The notes: generated from the sequence alone by a model not told the origin. A stretch of 50,433 nucleotides of DNA from an uncultured Lachnoanaerobaculum sp. (GCA_916720285.1 CAKAQP010000001.1:1-50433); one strand, 5' to 3'; positions 37,130 through 47,871 are shown, counted from the stretch's first letter. Numbers and translations: made by a program.

Positions 37130-38155
37130 CTATTTATCAGCTACTTTTATAGCTGTATTTTCTCTTTCTCTTATTTCTCCTACAATTGCTGCAGGCATTC
37201 CTGCCTCTTTTAATTCATTTAAAAGTTCATCCGCCTCTTCTTTTCCTACGGCAAGTAAGAGCCCTCCCGATGTCTGAGGGTCGAATAAAATTTCTTCCAT
37301 TGCGAAAGGTACATCCTCAAAAATCACATTTTCACCCACATAATTTCTGTTTCTCTGTCCTCCGGCTGTAATAAGAAATTCATCAGCCAAAGCTTTTGCC
37401 GCCTCAAATACCGGAATCTGTTTTGCATAAATTTCACATGACTTATCATCACCCATCATTTCCATCAGATGGCCTAAAAATCCGAAACCTGTTATATCGG
37501 TGCATGCATGAATATCGTATTTTTTTGATATATCACAGGCATATTTATTTAATGTCCTCATGGAATCAACAGCTTCATTTAAGGTATTCTCATCCGCCTC
37601 ACCTATTCTTGCGGCAGTACATATTATTCCTACTCCAAGCCTTTTTGTAAGTATCAGTCTGTCTCCGGGTTTTCCTGTGTTATTTGAATATATCTTCTTA
37701 GGATTTACAATACCGGTAACACTGAGACCGTATTTTACATCCGTATCATCTATTGAATGTCCTCCGGCAAGTACTCCGCCTGCTTCTTTTACCTTTTCAA
37801 GTCCGCCTCGCATTATTTCTCCAAGGATATTCAAATCACTGCTTTGCGGAAAGCATACTATATTTAATGCGGTTTTTACTTCACCTCCCATGGCATATAT
37901 ATCACTTAAGGCATTTGCTGCCGCTATCTGTCCGAATGTGTACGGATCTTCTACCATCGGCGGAAAGAAATCAAGTGTTTGAACAAATGCGATGTCATCT
38001 GTAAGCTTATATACCGCCGCATCATCTTTTGCATCAAATCCTACCATTAAGTTCTCATCAAAATTTTGCTTTGGCAATCTCTCAAGTATATGGCTGAGTA
38101 TTCCCGCTCCCAGTTTTGCAGTACAACCGCCGCCTTTGCAGTAAAGTTTTTCCAT
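37130..38155 (-). CDS. selD: Selenophosphate synthetase (Cys-type)
   Basis: [43 protein letters not shown] and DPQTSGGLL. Confidence 0.96.
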   Translation of the reverse strand: MEKLYCKGGGCTAKLGAGILSHILERLPKQNFDENLMVGFDAKDDAAVYKLTDDIAFVQTLDFFPPMVEDPYTFGQIAAANALSDIYAMGGEVKTALNIVCFPQSSDLNILGEIMRGGLEKVKEAGGVLAGGHSIDDTDVKYGLSVTGIVNPKKIYSNNTGKPGDRLILTKRLGVGIICTAARIGEADENTLNEAVDSMRTLNKYACDISKKYDIHACTDITGFGFLGHLMEMMGDDKSCEIYAKQIPVFEAAKALADEFLITAGGQRNRNYVGENVIFEDVPFAMEEILFDPQTSGGLLLAVGKEEADELLNELKEAGMPAAIVGEIRERENTAIKVADK

Positions 38156-38208
38156 ATTGCCTCCTAAAATATTACTTATCTATATCGTCAATATATAAAC
38201 TAATGACT

Positions 38209-38238
38209 ATTATAACCCCTTTATACTTATTTTCGCAA
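38209..38238 (-). promoter_or_regulatory. Candidate selD promoter
   Basis: TTGCGA-18 bp-TATAAT. Confidence 0.5.
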
Positions 38239-38311
38239 TCAAATCAGGCAAACATTTTATATAATGTAACATTTGATAACAAACGAAAGATTTATGTAAT
38301 ATTTAAATCAA

Positions 38312-38340
38312 TTGAACAAAATTTATTTATATGTTATAAT
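38312..38340 (+). promoter_or_regulatory. Sigma-A promoter for the L,D-transpeptidase gene
   Basis: TTGAAC-17 bp-TATAAT with a TG extended -10. Confidence 0.7.
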
Positions 38341-38393
38341 TTTAAACCATAGTGACTTTAGTTTACTAATGTATTCTTTTTTTAGGAGGAAAT

Positions 38394-39869
38394 ATGCATT
38401 TAAAAAGAATTTCAGCTGTATTTGCGTCCGCATTGATGATTTCTTCAGTATTATCATCCAACGTATTTGCAGCAACAATAAGAAAAAATGTTACAGGTGG
38501 CTCGGTAGCTGTAGAAACATCAGCTCAGACTGAGACAGCTGAAAGCACAGAGGCTGCAACTTCTGCAGCTACAGGTGAGGTGGTATCTACAAACGATTAT
38601 ATACCTTCCACTATTAATAATGTAAATATGCCGGAAAACCTTGACCTTGACAGCGTAGTTGCCAATGCAGGTCTTGGTAATGTAGGTAACGGAAATACAA
38701 ATCCCGAGCCTGTGCTTGGTGAAACTCAGATGGTTCACTTCGGACTTTGGAATACTGCAGATCAGGAGATCTCAGGTGCCGAGACAAACACAAGTGCTTA
38801 TGCTTATGCAAAAGACGGTTTTAACAAGCTTTACCTTAATCATTCAGGTATAGGAAGATATTACTACAGAACTTACAATATGAACTCAGGTTGGTCTACA
38901 TGGATGAACTCTAAAGAGACTGCACCTATAACAGATCCTGCAAACAAGGTTCAGGCTGTTCAGATAAGAGTAAAGGGATATACAGGTGTACGAAGCGACC
39001 TTTATTACAAGGCTGTTTTAAATGACGGAACTGTACTTGACTGGGCAAAGAACGGTCAGACTCTCGGTACTATCGGTACAGACAGATATATAGTAGCTCT
39101 TAAGCTCACACTTTGGGACAAGCAAACAGCGTTTACAGAGCCTACAAAGGTACTTATGGAAGCCCCTGTTTATGAGGGAACTTATGTAGATGCCAACGGT
39201 CAGGTTCAGTACTCATCAAAAGATGCCTATACCGGATGGGGATTTTATAATAATGATCAGTACTATTTTAAAGACGGTGCAACTCAAAAGGGATGGCAGT
39301 ATATAGACGGATACAAGTATTATCTTGATGAGAATACAGGTGCCGTTGTAAGAGATCTTGAGCCTGTTATGGGATTACAGGATTCTTATGAGATTAAGTA
39401 CAATAAGGCAACAATGACCATGTACATCATGGCTAAAGACGGTGCAAACGGATATATAATTCCTTACAAGACTTTCATGTCAACTGACGGACCTGCTACA
39501 CCTGTGGGTACATTCAAGACATATGTTAAGTACAGATGGAAAATAATGCATGACAATATCTATTGTCAGTTCCTTTCAAGATTTAAGGACGGATATATCA
39601 TTCACTCTCTTATCTACTATGATAAGGCTGATTCAAACAGACTTGATGCATCTACATACAACTATATTGATGATGCAAGATCTGACGGATGTTTAAGACT
39701 CCGTGCAGGTGATGCGGCTTGGGTATATTACAACACCAAGATGAACACACCTGTTACAGTTTACAACGATCCTACAAATAAGGGTCCTGTTGAGAAGGAT
39801 GCTATAGAGCAGCCAATTCCTGCAAACCAGACATACGATCCTACAGATCCTATAATGCAGGGAAGATAA
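38394..39869 (+). CDS. Secreted YkuD-family L,D-transpeptidase with ChW-like and cell-wall-binding repeats
   Basis: Signal peptide ending VFA, Thr/Ala/Glu-rich linker, Trp repeats, TGW..Y..QYYF and KGWQYIDGYKYYL, then TPVGTF and HSL...SDGCLRL. Confidence 0.85.
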   Translation: MHLKRISAVFASALMISSVLSSNVFAATIRKNVTGGSVAVETSAQTETAESTEAATSAATGEVVSTNDYIPSTINNVNMPENLDLDSVVANAGLGNVGNGNTNPEPVLGETQMVHFGLWNTADQEISGAETNTSAYAYAKDGFNKLYLNHSGIGRYYYRTYNMNSGWSTWMNSKETAPITDPANKVQAVQIRVKGYTGVRSDLYYKAVLNDGTVLDWAKNGQTLGTIGTDRYIVALKLTLWDKQTAFTEPTKVLMEAPVYEGTYVDANGQVQYSSKDAYTGWGFYNNDQYYFKDGATQKGWQYIDGYKYYLDENTGAVVRDLEPVMGLQDSYEIKYNKATMTMYIMAKDGANGYIIPYKTFMSTDGPATPVGTFKTYVKYRWKIMHDNIYCQFLSRFKDGYIIHSLIYYDKADSNRLDASTYNYIDDARSDGCLRLRAGDAAWVYYNTKMNTPVTVYNDPTNKGPVEKDAIEQPIPANQTYDPTDPIMQGR

Positions 39870-39895
39870 TTTGGTATATTAATATATGTAAACTT

Positions 39896-39931
39896 AAAAA
39901 GGGGATGCCGAATGAATACGGCATCCCCTTA
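39896..39931. terminator. Terminator between the convergent LDT and potD genes
   Basis: AAAAAGGGGATGCCG...CGGCATCCCCTT. Confidence 0.8.
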
Positions 39932-39939
39932 TCTATTTC

Positions 39940-41040
39940 CTAATTTGTTTCCTGTCTGAACTCTTCCCAGAGCTTATTGTGAAGCTCATTTGCCTCATCA
40001 CTGATATTCTCAATCAGCTCTCCGCCCTCAATAAGTGATATCTTATCCTCAGGGAATACTATAAGGTCCTTCCAATCATCTGATACATAGCTTTCAGCAG
40101 CCTTATTTGTAACAAAGTATCCTATATACTCAAAGCACTTTGCAGCCACTTCAGGCTCATTGATATACTCAAGGAATTTATAAGCTGCTTCGGCATTCGG
40201 TGCATTTGACGGAATAAAGCTTCCCATTACTCCGAATCCAAGTCCCTCTTTAGGATATACAACTTTTAAATCAGGATTTGCTTTGATTGCCTGAGTTACC
40301 TGTGATGTATACATAAATGCCGCTCCAACTTCACCACTTAAGAGATAATCCTGAAGATTATTGTCATTTATAAGGCGGATATTTGGCGCCAAGGTCTTTA
40401 ACTTATCTCCTGCTTCCTGTATCTGAGTAAGATCATTTGTATTAAATGAATATCCGAGAGATTTCAAAGTAATACCGTCTATTACTCTGTAGTTTCCTAT
40501 AATACCTACATTACCTGCAAGCTCAGGATTCCAAAGATCGTTATAACCTTGAATATCCACTTTCACAGTCTCAGGATTATATACTATCAAAGGTATACCT
40601 GCACCGTAAGGCATTGTATACTTATTGTCAGGATCATAGAACTTACTTTGGAACAAAGGATTTATATTGTCATATGTAGATATCTTTGACTTATCAAGTT
40701 CTTTAACAAGTCCTTCCTTTATTGCAAGCTGTATAATATAATCATCTGCAACAACAATATCATAATCACCACCCTTAGTCTCTTCAAGCTTTGCCAGCAT
40801 TGTCTCATCAAGGTCAAAATTTGAATAATTTACCTTAACTCCTGTCTTCTCCGTAAAACCGTCCAAAACCTCTTGTGGGAACATTCCGTCCCATGTGTAC
40901 AGATTTAAAGTTGTCCCCTTAAGAGCGCTGTCTGTGGCAGCTCCTGTGCTTTGCTGTGCGGCATCTTTAGAACCGCCTCCACATGCTGTAAGAGCAAGTG
41001 CCGCTCCCAAGCCAAGTAAACCTAATACTTTAGATTTCAT
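39940..41040 (-). CDS. potD: Spermidine/putrescine ABC substrate-binding lipoprotein
   Basis: Lipobox LTAC, LNLYTW, ETMLAKL, YDIV and YPKEG. Confidence 0.88.
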   Translation of the reverse strand: MKSKVLGLLGLGAALALTACGGGSKDAAQQSTGAATDSALKGTTLNLYTWDGMFPQEVLDGFTEKTGVKVNYSNFDLDETMLAKLEETKGGDYDIVVADDYIIQLAIKEGLVKELDKSKISTYDNINPLFQSKFYDPDNKYTMPYGAGIPLIVYNPETVKVDIQGYNDLWNPELAGNVGIIGNYRVIDGITLKSLGYSFNTNDLTQIQEAGDKLKTLAPNIRLINDNNLQDYLLSGEVGAAFMYTSQVTQAIKANPDLKVVYPKEGLGFGVMGSFIPSNAPNAEAAYKFLEYINEPEVAAKCFEYIGYFVTNKAAESYVSDDWKDLIVFPEDKISLIEGGELIENISDEANELHNKLWEEFRQETN

Positions 41041-41057
41041 TTAATTTACCTCCAAAA

Positions 41058-41825
41058 TCAATCTTTCCTTGTTCTTTCCGAAATAAATATCACAAGCACC
41101 GTAATCACCAGTATAACGGTTGCGAGTGCATTTATTTCAGGAGTAATACCTGTCTTCATCTTTGTATATATCTTTATTGCAAGAGTATTTACTGAAGGAC
41201 CGGTCGTAAATATAGATATTACCACATCATCAAAGGACATTGCAAATGATAATAATAATCCGGATGCAATTCCCGGCAAAATATATGGTAATGTTACATC
41301 TCTGAATGTTTCAAACTCACTTGCCCCCAGGTCTCTTGCCGCCTCCTCAAGCGAAAGATCCATTCCCATAAGCCTTGCCCTTACAATCAAAAATATATAA
41401 GGTACGCAGAATGAACTGTGTGCAATCGTCATGGTTACAAAGCCGAAAGGCAAATTCATATATGAAAATATAGCCATAAAGACCATTCCGAGAATTATCT
41501 CGGGAATCATTATAGGCAGAGATGCAAAACCGCTGATGAAATCATCAAAAATAAGCTTTTTCCCTCTCATGGCAAGAGCCGCACTGACACCTATTACAAG
41601 TGAAAGCATACATGTCAGCACCGCCAGTATTATACTGTTTAACAACGCTTTCTTTATATCACCGTCATTAAAAAGCATCTTATACCAGTCGAGAGAAAAT
41701 CCTTCCCATACACTTGTAAGCTTGGATTTATTAAAGGAATAAACTACAGTGAGTATAATGGGAAGATAGTTTAAAACAGTTACCAGCCCCAAAAATATAA
41801 TGGCCGCTTTTGATACCTTTTTCAA
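41058..41825 (-). CDS. potC: Spermidine/putrescine ABC permease
   Basis: YSFN, PEII, EEAARDLGA, SFDD and PEINA. Confidence 0.9.
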   Translation of the reverse strand: MKKVSKAAIIFLGLVTVLNYLPIILTVVYSFNKSKLTSVWEGFSLDWYKMLFNDGDIKKALLNSIILAVLTCMLSLVIGVSAALAMRGKKLIFDDFISGFASLPIMIPEIILGMVFMAIFSYMNLPFGFVTMTIAHSSFCVPYIFLIVRARLMGMDLSLEEAARDLGASEFETFRDVTLPYILPGIASGLLLSFAMSFDDVVISIFTTGPSVNTLAIKIYTKMKTGITPEINALATVILVITVLVIFISERTRKD

Positions 41826-42676
41826 AATAATCCCTCCAATTCTCCTGTACCTGAAACCTTCTTATAAAGTCTTAAGAATACTATGGTAAGTAACATTAAA
41901 ATCACACTCAATGCCGCCGCAAAAGGTATATTTCTCAGCTTTGTAAGCTGCTCCACTATAACACTTCCGATAAGAACTATTTTATTTCCACCAAGTATAT
42001 CTGAGATATAGAAAAGTCCCATACTGGGTACAAATGTAAGTACCACACCGCTTAAGAGTCCCGGCATTGTAAGTCTAAGAGTAATAGTAAGGAAGGATTC
42101 AAGTCTACTTGCTCCCAAATCTCTGGAAGCTTCTATTAAGCTCCAATCCATTTTTTCCACACTTGAATACACTGAAAGTATCATAAACGGCAGTAAAAAA
42201 TATACCATACCTACAAGTACCGCAGGATATGTATACAGCAGTTTAAGCGGAGTCTTTGTTATACTCAAAAACATTAAAAGTTTATCAAGCACTCCGTTAC
42301 TTCTAAATATTATTATCCAACCGTTCAGTCTGATAAGACCGCTGGTCCAAAAGGGAATCATAAGAAGCATCATCATTCTTCTCTTCCATCTCTCACTGAG
42401 CCTTCCCATAAAATATCCGAAGGGATATCCTATCAGAGTAACCAAAACAGTTGATGCAAGCGCCAGTTTAACGGATTCCAAAAATATATTCAAATAAAAA
42501 GGATCAAATACTTTTTTATAATTTTCCAAAGTAAATGTAAAATCAAATCCCCAGGTCTTTGCCTTTGTCAAAAAGCTGATAATTACCATATAGGCCAGAG
42601 GCAATATTACAAAAAGTGTTGTAAAAATATATATTGGTATTCTTAGCAGGTATTTGTTAAGCTTCTTATTTTTCAC
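41822..42676 (-). CDS. potB: Spermidine/putrescine ABC permease
   Basis: [27 protein letters not shown] and ILGG. Confidence 0.9.
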   Translation of the reverse strand: MKNKKLNKYLLRIPIYIFTTLFVILPLAYMVIISFLTKAKTWGFDFTFTLENYKKVFDPFYLNIFLESVKLALASTVLVTLIGYPFGYFMGRLSERWKRRMMMLLMIPFWTSGLIRLNGWIIIFRSNGVLDKLLMFLSITKTPLKLLYTYPAVLVGMVYFLLPFMILSVYSSVEKMDWSLIEASRDLGASRLESFLTITLRLTMPGLLSGVVLTFVPSMGLFYISDILGGNKIVLIGSVIVEQLTKLRNIPFAAALSVILMLLTIVFLRLYKKVSGTGELEGLF

Positions 42677-43634
42677 CTTGAACCTCCACCATATCTTTTT
42701 TATCCCAGCCGATACTTATTGCATCACCCGGATTCAAATTGATGTTCATTCCCATATGTGAAGAGGTAATCTCTTGATTATCTTTCAATCTCACCTTTAC
42801 TTTTGAAAGGCCGGCAGTAAAACTGTTTTCAATTACTATACCGTCATAATCACCTGCTCCAAGCCTTACATGTTCCGAACGTATTGCATATGTCTTACCT
42901 TCGTTTTTATAGAGATTTGCACCTCCCACAAACTCGGCAACAAAAGCGGTTGCAGGAGTGTCATACACCTCACTTGGAGTACCTATCTGTTCTATATTAC
43001 CGTCTCTCATAACAACTATTCTTGAGGACATATTTAAAGCCTCTTCCTGGTCATGAGTTATATATATAAATGTAATACCAAGTGCTTTTTGAAGCTTTTT
43101 TAACTCCATCTGCATCTGTCTTCTAAGCATCAGATCAAGTGCACCAAGAGGCTCATCAAGCAATAATACACTAGGCTTATTTACAATAGCCCTTGCTATT
43201 GCGACTCTCTGTCTTTGACCACCTGAAAGCTGTGTAGGATTTCTTTTTTCAAAGCCCTCCAACTGTACCAAAGACAGCGCTTTCTCCACCTCTTTTTTTA
43301 TTTCATCGGCCGGCTTCTTTTTCAGTCTTAATCCATAGCCTATATTTTTTTCAACATTCATATGAGGGAATAGAGCATAATTTTGGAATACCGTATTTAC
43401 ATCCCTTTTTTCCGGTGCCAGTCCTGTGATATCCTTTCCGTTAAGTATCACCTTGCCGCTGTCCGGACTCTCGAGCCCTGCAATTATTCTTATCGTAGTG
43501 GTTTTTCCGCAACCACTTGAACCCAAAAGAGTGATAAACTCTCCTCTACCTATATCAAGAGAGATGTTCTTTAAAACATTCTCACCGTCAAAACTCTTCT
43601 TTATATTTTCCAGACTTAGTATAGTATCTGTCAT
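42666..43634 (-). CDS. potA: Spermidine/putrescine ABC ATPase
   Basis: [33 protein letters not shown] and THDQEEA. Confidence 0.92.
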   Translation of the reverse strand: MTDTILSLENIKKSFDGENVLKNISLDIGRGEFITLLGSSGCGKTTTIRIIAGLESPDSGKVILNGKDITGLAPEKRDVNTVFQNYALFPHMNVEKNIGYGLRLKKKPADEIKKEVEKALSLVQLEGFEKRNPTQLSGGQRQRVAIARAIVNKPSVLLLDEPLGALDLMLRRQMQMELKKLQKALGITFIYITHDQEEALNMSSRIVVMRDGNIEQIGTPSEVYDTPATAFVAEFVGGANLYKNEGKTYAIRSEHVRLGAGDYDGIVIENSFTAGLSKVKVRLKDNQEITSSHMGMNINLNPGDAISIGWDKKDMVEVQGEK

Positions 43635-43728
43635 CTAAATTCCCTCCTAGGGTTATTTGGCTTTATACAATAAAATATAATACCATCTTTTTTAATATAA
43701 TTCACTAAAAATATTATTTTATCTTGGC

Positions 43729-43757
43729 TTTACTTTTACAAGTTAAAATGCTAAAAT
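43729..43757 (+). promoter_or_regulatory. yerC promoter with an overlapping TrpR/HisR-like dyad
   Basis: TTTACT-17 bp-TAAAAT with TG extension; imperfect dyad TACTTTTACAAGTTAAAATG at 43731-43750. Confidence 0.5.
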
Positions 43758-43786
43758 GTAATTACTATTTGAATGGAGCAATTTGT

Positions 43787-44095
43787 ATGAATAATAAGAT
43801 CAGGACTGACGCGGTAGACCATCTATTTGACGCCATCCTTACACTAAAAGATAAAGAGGAATTTTATATTTTCTTTGAGGATGTTTGCACAGTAAATGAG
43901 TTGCTCTCCATCTCTCAAAGATATGAAGTAGCTAAAATGCTGCGTGAAAAGAAAACATATTTGGAGATTGCCGAGGAAACCGGCGCTTCTACAGCTACCA
44001 TCTCCAGAGTAAACCGTTCATTAAACTATGGAAATGACGGCTATGACCTTGTCTTTAACAGACTCGGTTTATTTGAAAATAATAAGGAAAAATAA
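43787..44095 (+). CDS. TrpR-like YerC/YecD regulator
   Basis: LFDAILTL, FFEDVCTVNEL, QR..VAKML and TGASTATISRVNRSL.YG.DGY. Start at ATG 43787 behind GGAG. Confidence 0.9.
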   Translation: MNNKIRTDAVDHLFDAILTLKDKEEFYIFFEDVCTVNELLSISQRYEVAKMLREKKTYLEIAEETGASTATISRVNRSLNYGNDGYDLVFNRLGLFENNKEK

Positions 44096-44125
44096 TTTTG
44101 CCGGAGTTTATACTCCGGCAAAATT
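44093..44125. terminator. Bidirectional hairpin between the convergent yerC and RNase H genes
   Basis: TAATTTTGCCGGAGT-TTAT-ACTCCGGCAAAATTA. Confidence 0.75.
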
Positions 44126-44732
44126 ATATAAGTCCAAGTGCTTTTTTGGCAAGTTCATCCGCCATATCATTATACTTATCTCCCGAATGTCCTTTTACCT
44201 TTATAAAATCCACATCCACATGCTTTGAAGCATTTTTATAAAATTCAACATAATGCATGGTACCGGGCTTTTTGGCTTTCCAATCTCCGTTGCACCACTT
44301 CTCTATACCCTCATAGTCATAAAAAATACTGATACTCTTTATATCATGATCCAGACAATATTGCATGGCCGCCATAGAACCCTGTATCTCACCTGCAACA
44401 TTTCTCATATCACTCATATCATCCTTATCAAACTTTTTTGAAAAATAAAGTTCTTCATCTTTATGCATCATAACCATACCGTATGAATATGACTTTGTAG
44501 TGTCGTCATAACTTCCGTCAACATATGCAAATGCTTCCGACTGCTTCTCATCCTGTTCTTCTTTATCATTTTTACTGTTTGTACCGTTTACAAAATCAAA
44601 AGCCTCTTCTCTGGTTGTAAAACTTTTATATGCGGCTCCCGAAAAGCCGCTTACAGACTGCTTACATTCATCCCATGTCTCAAAGACTCCCGTCTTTCTT
44701 CCTTTTTTTACCGCGTAATATTTCTTTGCCAT
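44124..44732 (-). CDS. Ribonuclease HI with N-terminal hybrid-binding (caulimovirus viroplasmin-like) domain
   Basis: KYYAVKKGRKTGVF.TW.EC...V.GF.GA.YKSF, then YVDGS, RNVAGE, DYEG and KVKGHS....N..AD.LAK. Confidence 0.9.
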   Translation of the reverse strand: MAKKYYAVKKGRKTGVFETWDECKQSVSGFSGAAYKSFTTREEAFDFVNGTNSKNDKEEQDEKQSEAFAYVDGSYDDTTKSYSYGMVMMHKDEELYFSKKFDKDDMSDMRNVAGEIQGSMAAMQYCLDHDIKSISIFYDYEGIEKWCNGDWKAKKPGTMHYVEFYKNASKHVDVDFIKVKGHSGDKYNDMADELAKKALGLI

Positions 44733-44734
44733 AA

Positions 44735-45733
44735 TTACCTGTTCCAAAATATATTTTTCTCTTCTTCACTCAAATTTGCAGCAAATTCCCTTTTTATTTC
44801 AAGGAACTGCTCAAAATTTACTACCATTGAATGAATTATTGCTCTGTCTTCAAATTCCTCTCGACTCTTTGGAAGCTCTGAGTTTTTCATCTTTTCTTTT
44901 ACAAAATATAAGTCCATCAGGGCATTTAGAGCATTATTTGACTCATGCAGTTTGGGTACAAGATTAAAAATAAGTTCAGCCACATCTCTTGCCTGACTCG
45001 GTCTTGTTTTCATTCCCTTCCCCTGATCAAAAATATATCTAAGTGTCATGATTTGAGACTTTCTCATTTCCATATAGTTTATAAAGTACTCCAAATCATA
45101 GCTTAGTATATTGTCTTTATCAATATATGCCTTTGAGATTGCACTGTCTATCAGCTTATCAAGCGAAGCAAAATCGTATTCAAGCTTTACTCTGTCATTC
45201 TCATCACTTAAAAAGCCTACCAGAGTATCCAGCATGTACTTTATTTCATTTTCTATTTTAACTTGATACTCCCTTATATGTTTCAAGTTTCTCGGCATAT
45301 ACATATTTAAGAATATTCCCACAGATGTTCCTATAAGCATCAAAGCCGCTTCATTTTTTACAATATCAAAGCTCATATACTTTTCCGCCATAATATGCGT
45401 TACCAAAACAGTACATGGAGAAAGTCCTTCATTTAAGTCAAATAACATACAAACCGACACAAATATAAGCAAATAGCAAACCAAAGCCCATATATCATAT
45501 CCGAATAAAGTAAATACGGCAAGGGAAATCAACATGGCCAGCACGAATGCGGCAATCCTTTTTACTGCAATCTTTATTGTGGATTTTTTTGTATCCTGTA
45601 TACTTAGCAAGGTAATAATACCTGCCGATGCACTGTAGTTTAATCCGAAAATTCCGGCAATAAATATTGCAAGTCCTGTTCCGACAGCAATTTTTATTAC
45701 CTTTATAAGATTTATATTTTTAAAATATGCCAT
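44735..45733 (-). CDS. Aromatic acid exporter family (ArAE/FUSC-like) membrane protein
   Basis: KIAVG, SAGIITLLSIQDTK, VLVTH, Y..MR..Q and LPKSREEFEDRA. Confidence 0.8.
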   Translation of the reverse strand: MAYFKNINLIKVIKIAVGTGLAIFIAGIFGLNYSASAGIITLLSIQDTKKSTIKIAVKRIAAFVLAMLISLAVFTLFGYDIWALVCYLLIFVSVCMLFDLNEGLSPCTVLVTHIMAEKYMSFDIVKNEAALMLIGTSVGIFLNMYMPRNLKHIREYQVKIENEIKYMLDTLVGFLSDENDRVKLEYDFASLDKLIDSAISKAYIDKDNILSYDLEYFINYMEMRKSQIMTLRYIFDQGKGMKTRPSQARDVAELIFNLVPKLHESNNALNALMDLYFVKEKMKNSELPKSREEFEDRAIIHSMVVNFEQFLEIKREFAANLSEEEKNIFWNR

Positions 45734-45742
45734 AGCCCTCCA

Positions 45743-46705
45743 TCATCTTTTAAAATATAATGCTGTACTCCTCACAAACTTATATAATGCAGGTAAGAAA
45801 TATTCAAACTTTATAAAAAATCTTTCTCTAAAATCCAGCTCATTATATTCTTTTTTAAAGTCCTTTGACAATATATTTTTAAAATCTCTTGTATTTACAT
45901 AAGTAAGAAAACGCAGCCTCTTTGCGGCACATACAACTTCTTCATGAAATCTGTGTCCGGAGTCCTCATCATATGCCTTATACATAGCCTCCATATTTTG
46001 ATAGTACTCTTCCTGCTTTCTTTTGTAATCACCGCTAAACTGTGAGGCTGTCCATGAAGTCGGTACTCCCATTCTGTACACACTCATAACCTTGTCAATA
46101 TAATATGCATCACCGTATTTTACAGATATTATTTGCATCGGTATATCTCCCACCTTACAGTCAAAATAATACTTTGGCAGACTTTTCATATACTCTGTTC
46201 TAAGTAGCAATGAAGCTGTGGGATAATGTGCTCTTTTATTTATAACCTCTTGTGCACTGATTACAGAGTCTCCTATATAAGGTCTTATAAGGTTTGGAGA
46301 AAATGTGGCATCCATATTTTCAACCTTCGCAGCATGAAAGCAAAAGCTTATTTCAGGATGTGCATCCATATAATCCACCTGCATTTGAAGTTTATTCTCA
46401 TCACACCAGTAATCATCACCCTCACACATTGCTATATATTCTCCGCCGGCTCTCGGAAAATTATATTTCCCGCTTGGATTTGTAACCCCCTGCGAATACA
46501 TATTCTCCTCATGAAATAAGGGCTTTATAATATTAGGATATCTTTTTTCATATTCTCTTATAATATCTGCAGTATTATCTGTTGATGCATCATCATTTAT
46601 CAAAATTTCTATATCAAAGTTTCTTTTCTGCGCCAAAAATGAATCTATTGCCTTTTTGATATATTTACCGTGATTATAGGTAATACAGCATATACTTACT
46701 TTCAT
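45743..46705 (-). CDS. Glycosyltransferase family 2
   Basis: VSICCITYNH, DDASTD, YIAMCEGDDYW, KLQ.Q and SVYR. Start at ATG 46705. Confidence 0.9.
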   Translation of the reverse strand: MKVSICCITYNHGKYIKKAIDSFLAQKRNFDIEILINDDASTDNTADIIREYEKRYPNIIKPLFHEENMYSQGVTNPSGKYNFPRAGGEYIAMCEGDDYWCDENKLQMQVDYMDAHPEISFCFHAAKVENMDATFSPNLIRPYIGDSVISAQEVINKRAHYPTASLLLRTEYMKSLPKYYFDCKVGDIPMQIISVKYGDAYYIDKVMSVYRMGVPTSWTASQFSGDYKRKQEEYYQNMEAMYKAYDEDSGHRFHEEVVCAAKRLRFLTYVNTRDFKNILSKDFKKEYNELDFRERFFIKFEYFLPALYKFVRSTALYFKR

Positions 46706-46883
46706 ATTTTTACTCTCTTTATATAATATTTGCATGCACGGCGGCATGCTGTTTTTACTTCTACTTCAATATCATACTATAACATAAAAGTTGATTTAAA
46801 GTGAGCTTTTATTATCTTTATAAAGCTTCAAAACTTGTAGATAATGTACTACTGTGGTATTATTGTTCTCATTGGAGGTGATT

Positions 46884-47831
46884 ATGACCAAGTACACCCT
46901 ATTGCAATGGATTGCATTTTTTTATATATATTGTTTTTTCGGATGGTGTTTTGAATCCGGATATGCAAGTATCAAGGAGAGAAAACTTACAAACAGAGGT
47001 TTCCTTCGCGGTCCCTACATTCCTATATATGCCTTCGGCGCTTTGTTTGTTCTTATTATTACAGACAATTTTCATAGGAATAATTTGGAAGTTTACTTTT
47101 CAGGAATGATTGCTGCTACAATACTTGAATATATCACAGGCTATGTGATGGAAAGACTCTTTAAAGTCAAATACTGGGACTATAGCGATCACAAGTTTAA
47201 TTTGAGCGGATATATATCGCTCTCCACCTCTATAGCATGGGGATTTTTATCACTCCTGCTTACCAATTTTTTACAGGTAAATGTATACAGATTTGTATCT
47301 ATGATAAATGAATCAAATTTGAAGACTTCTATAACAGTCGTGAGTATTATCTTTTTCTCGGATTTGATTCTTTCAATAAAGGCCGCATTCAATCTTGCAA
47401 AAGCCTATGCGGCACTTGAAAGGGCTAAGGTTGAATTCCTTGAAGTTAAAGAAAAATTATCACTTGTAGCAGATGACCTTGTAAGTGAGACTCAAAATAA
47501 GCTTGTAGGTATCAAAGACAGTGTGGCAGGACGTGTGAGTCAGGCAAATGAATATATATCAAACGGAATGGTGAGTTTCTCATCTTTAAAATCCGATATT
47601 GAAAATGCTCTTTCGTCACTTTCAAACACGGTTGCTTCAAAGAGTCCGGCTTATCTTGAACTTAAAATAAAATATGAAGTTGCAAGAGAAAAGGTATCTC
47701 TAAGCTTACCTAAAACCGGAAAAATCATGTCCTTCTTTATAAGAAATATGATAAAAGGAAATCCGGGACTTAACAAAAAGTATATTTCTCAGATGAAGGA
47801 GCTCAGTGAAATAAGAAAAAGAAATAAATAA
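46884..47831 (+). CDS. CmpB/TMEM229-like membrane protein (putative ABC permease) with a C-terminal coiled coil
   Basis: Y.FFGWCFE, NRGFLRGPYIPIY, LEY and WDYS...N..GYI. GGAGGTG RBS. Confidence 0.78.
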   Translation: MTKYTLLQWIAFFYIYCFFGWCFESGYASIKERKLTNRGFLRGPYIPIYAFGALFVLIITDNFHRNNLEVYFSGMIAATILEYITGYVMERLFKVKYWDYSDHKFNLSGYISLSTSIAWGFLSLLLTNFLQVNVYRFVSMINESNLKTSITVVSIIFFSDLILSIKAAFNLAKAYAALERAKVEFLEVKEKLSLVADDLVSETQNKLVGIKDSVAGRVSQANEYISNGMVSFSSLKSDIENALSSLSNTVASKSPAYLELKIKYEVAREKVSLSLPKTGKIMSFFIRNMIKGNPGLNKKYISQMKELSEIRKRNK

Positions 47832-47835
47832 AGTT

Positions 47836-47870
47836 AAAAGCTACAGGTTTGTACCGACCCGTAGCTTTTT
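47836..47870. terminator. Bidirectional terminator
   Basis: AAAAGCTACAGGT...ACCCGTAGCTTTTT between convergent genes. Confidence 0.75.
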
Positions 47871-47871
47871 A

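Noticed and set aside
38110..38155. Possible selenocysteine (UGA) in SelD or other recoding in the selenium cluster
   Set aside because: The SelD active-site residue is encoded as Cys (GGGCTAK), and the neighbouring ORFs are full length without in-frame TGA.
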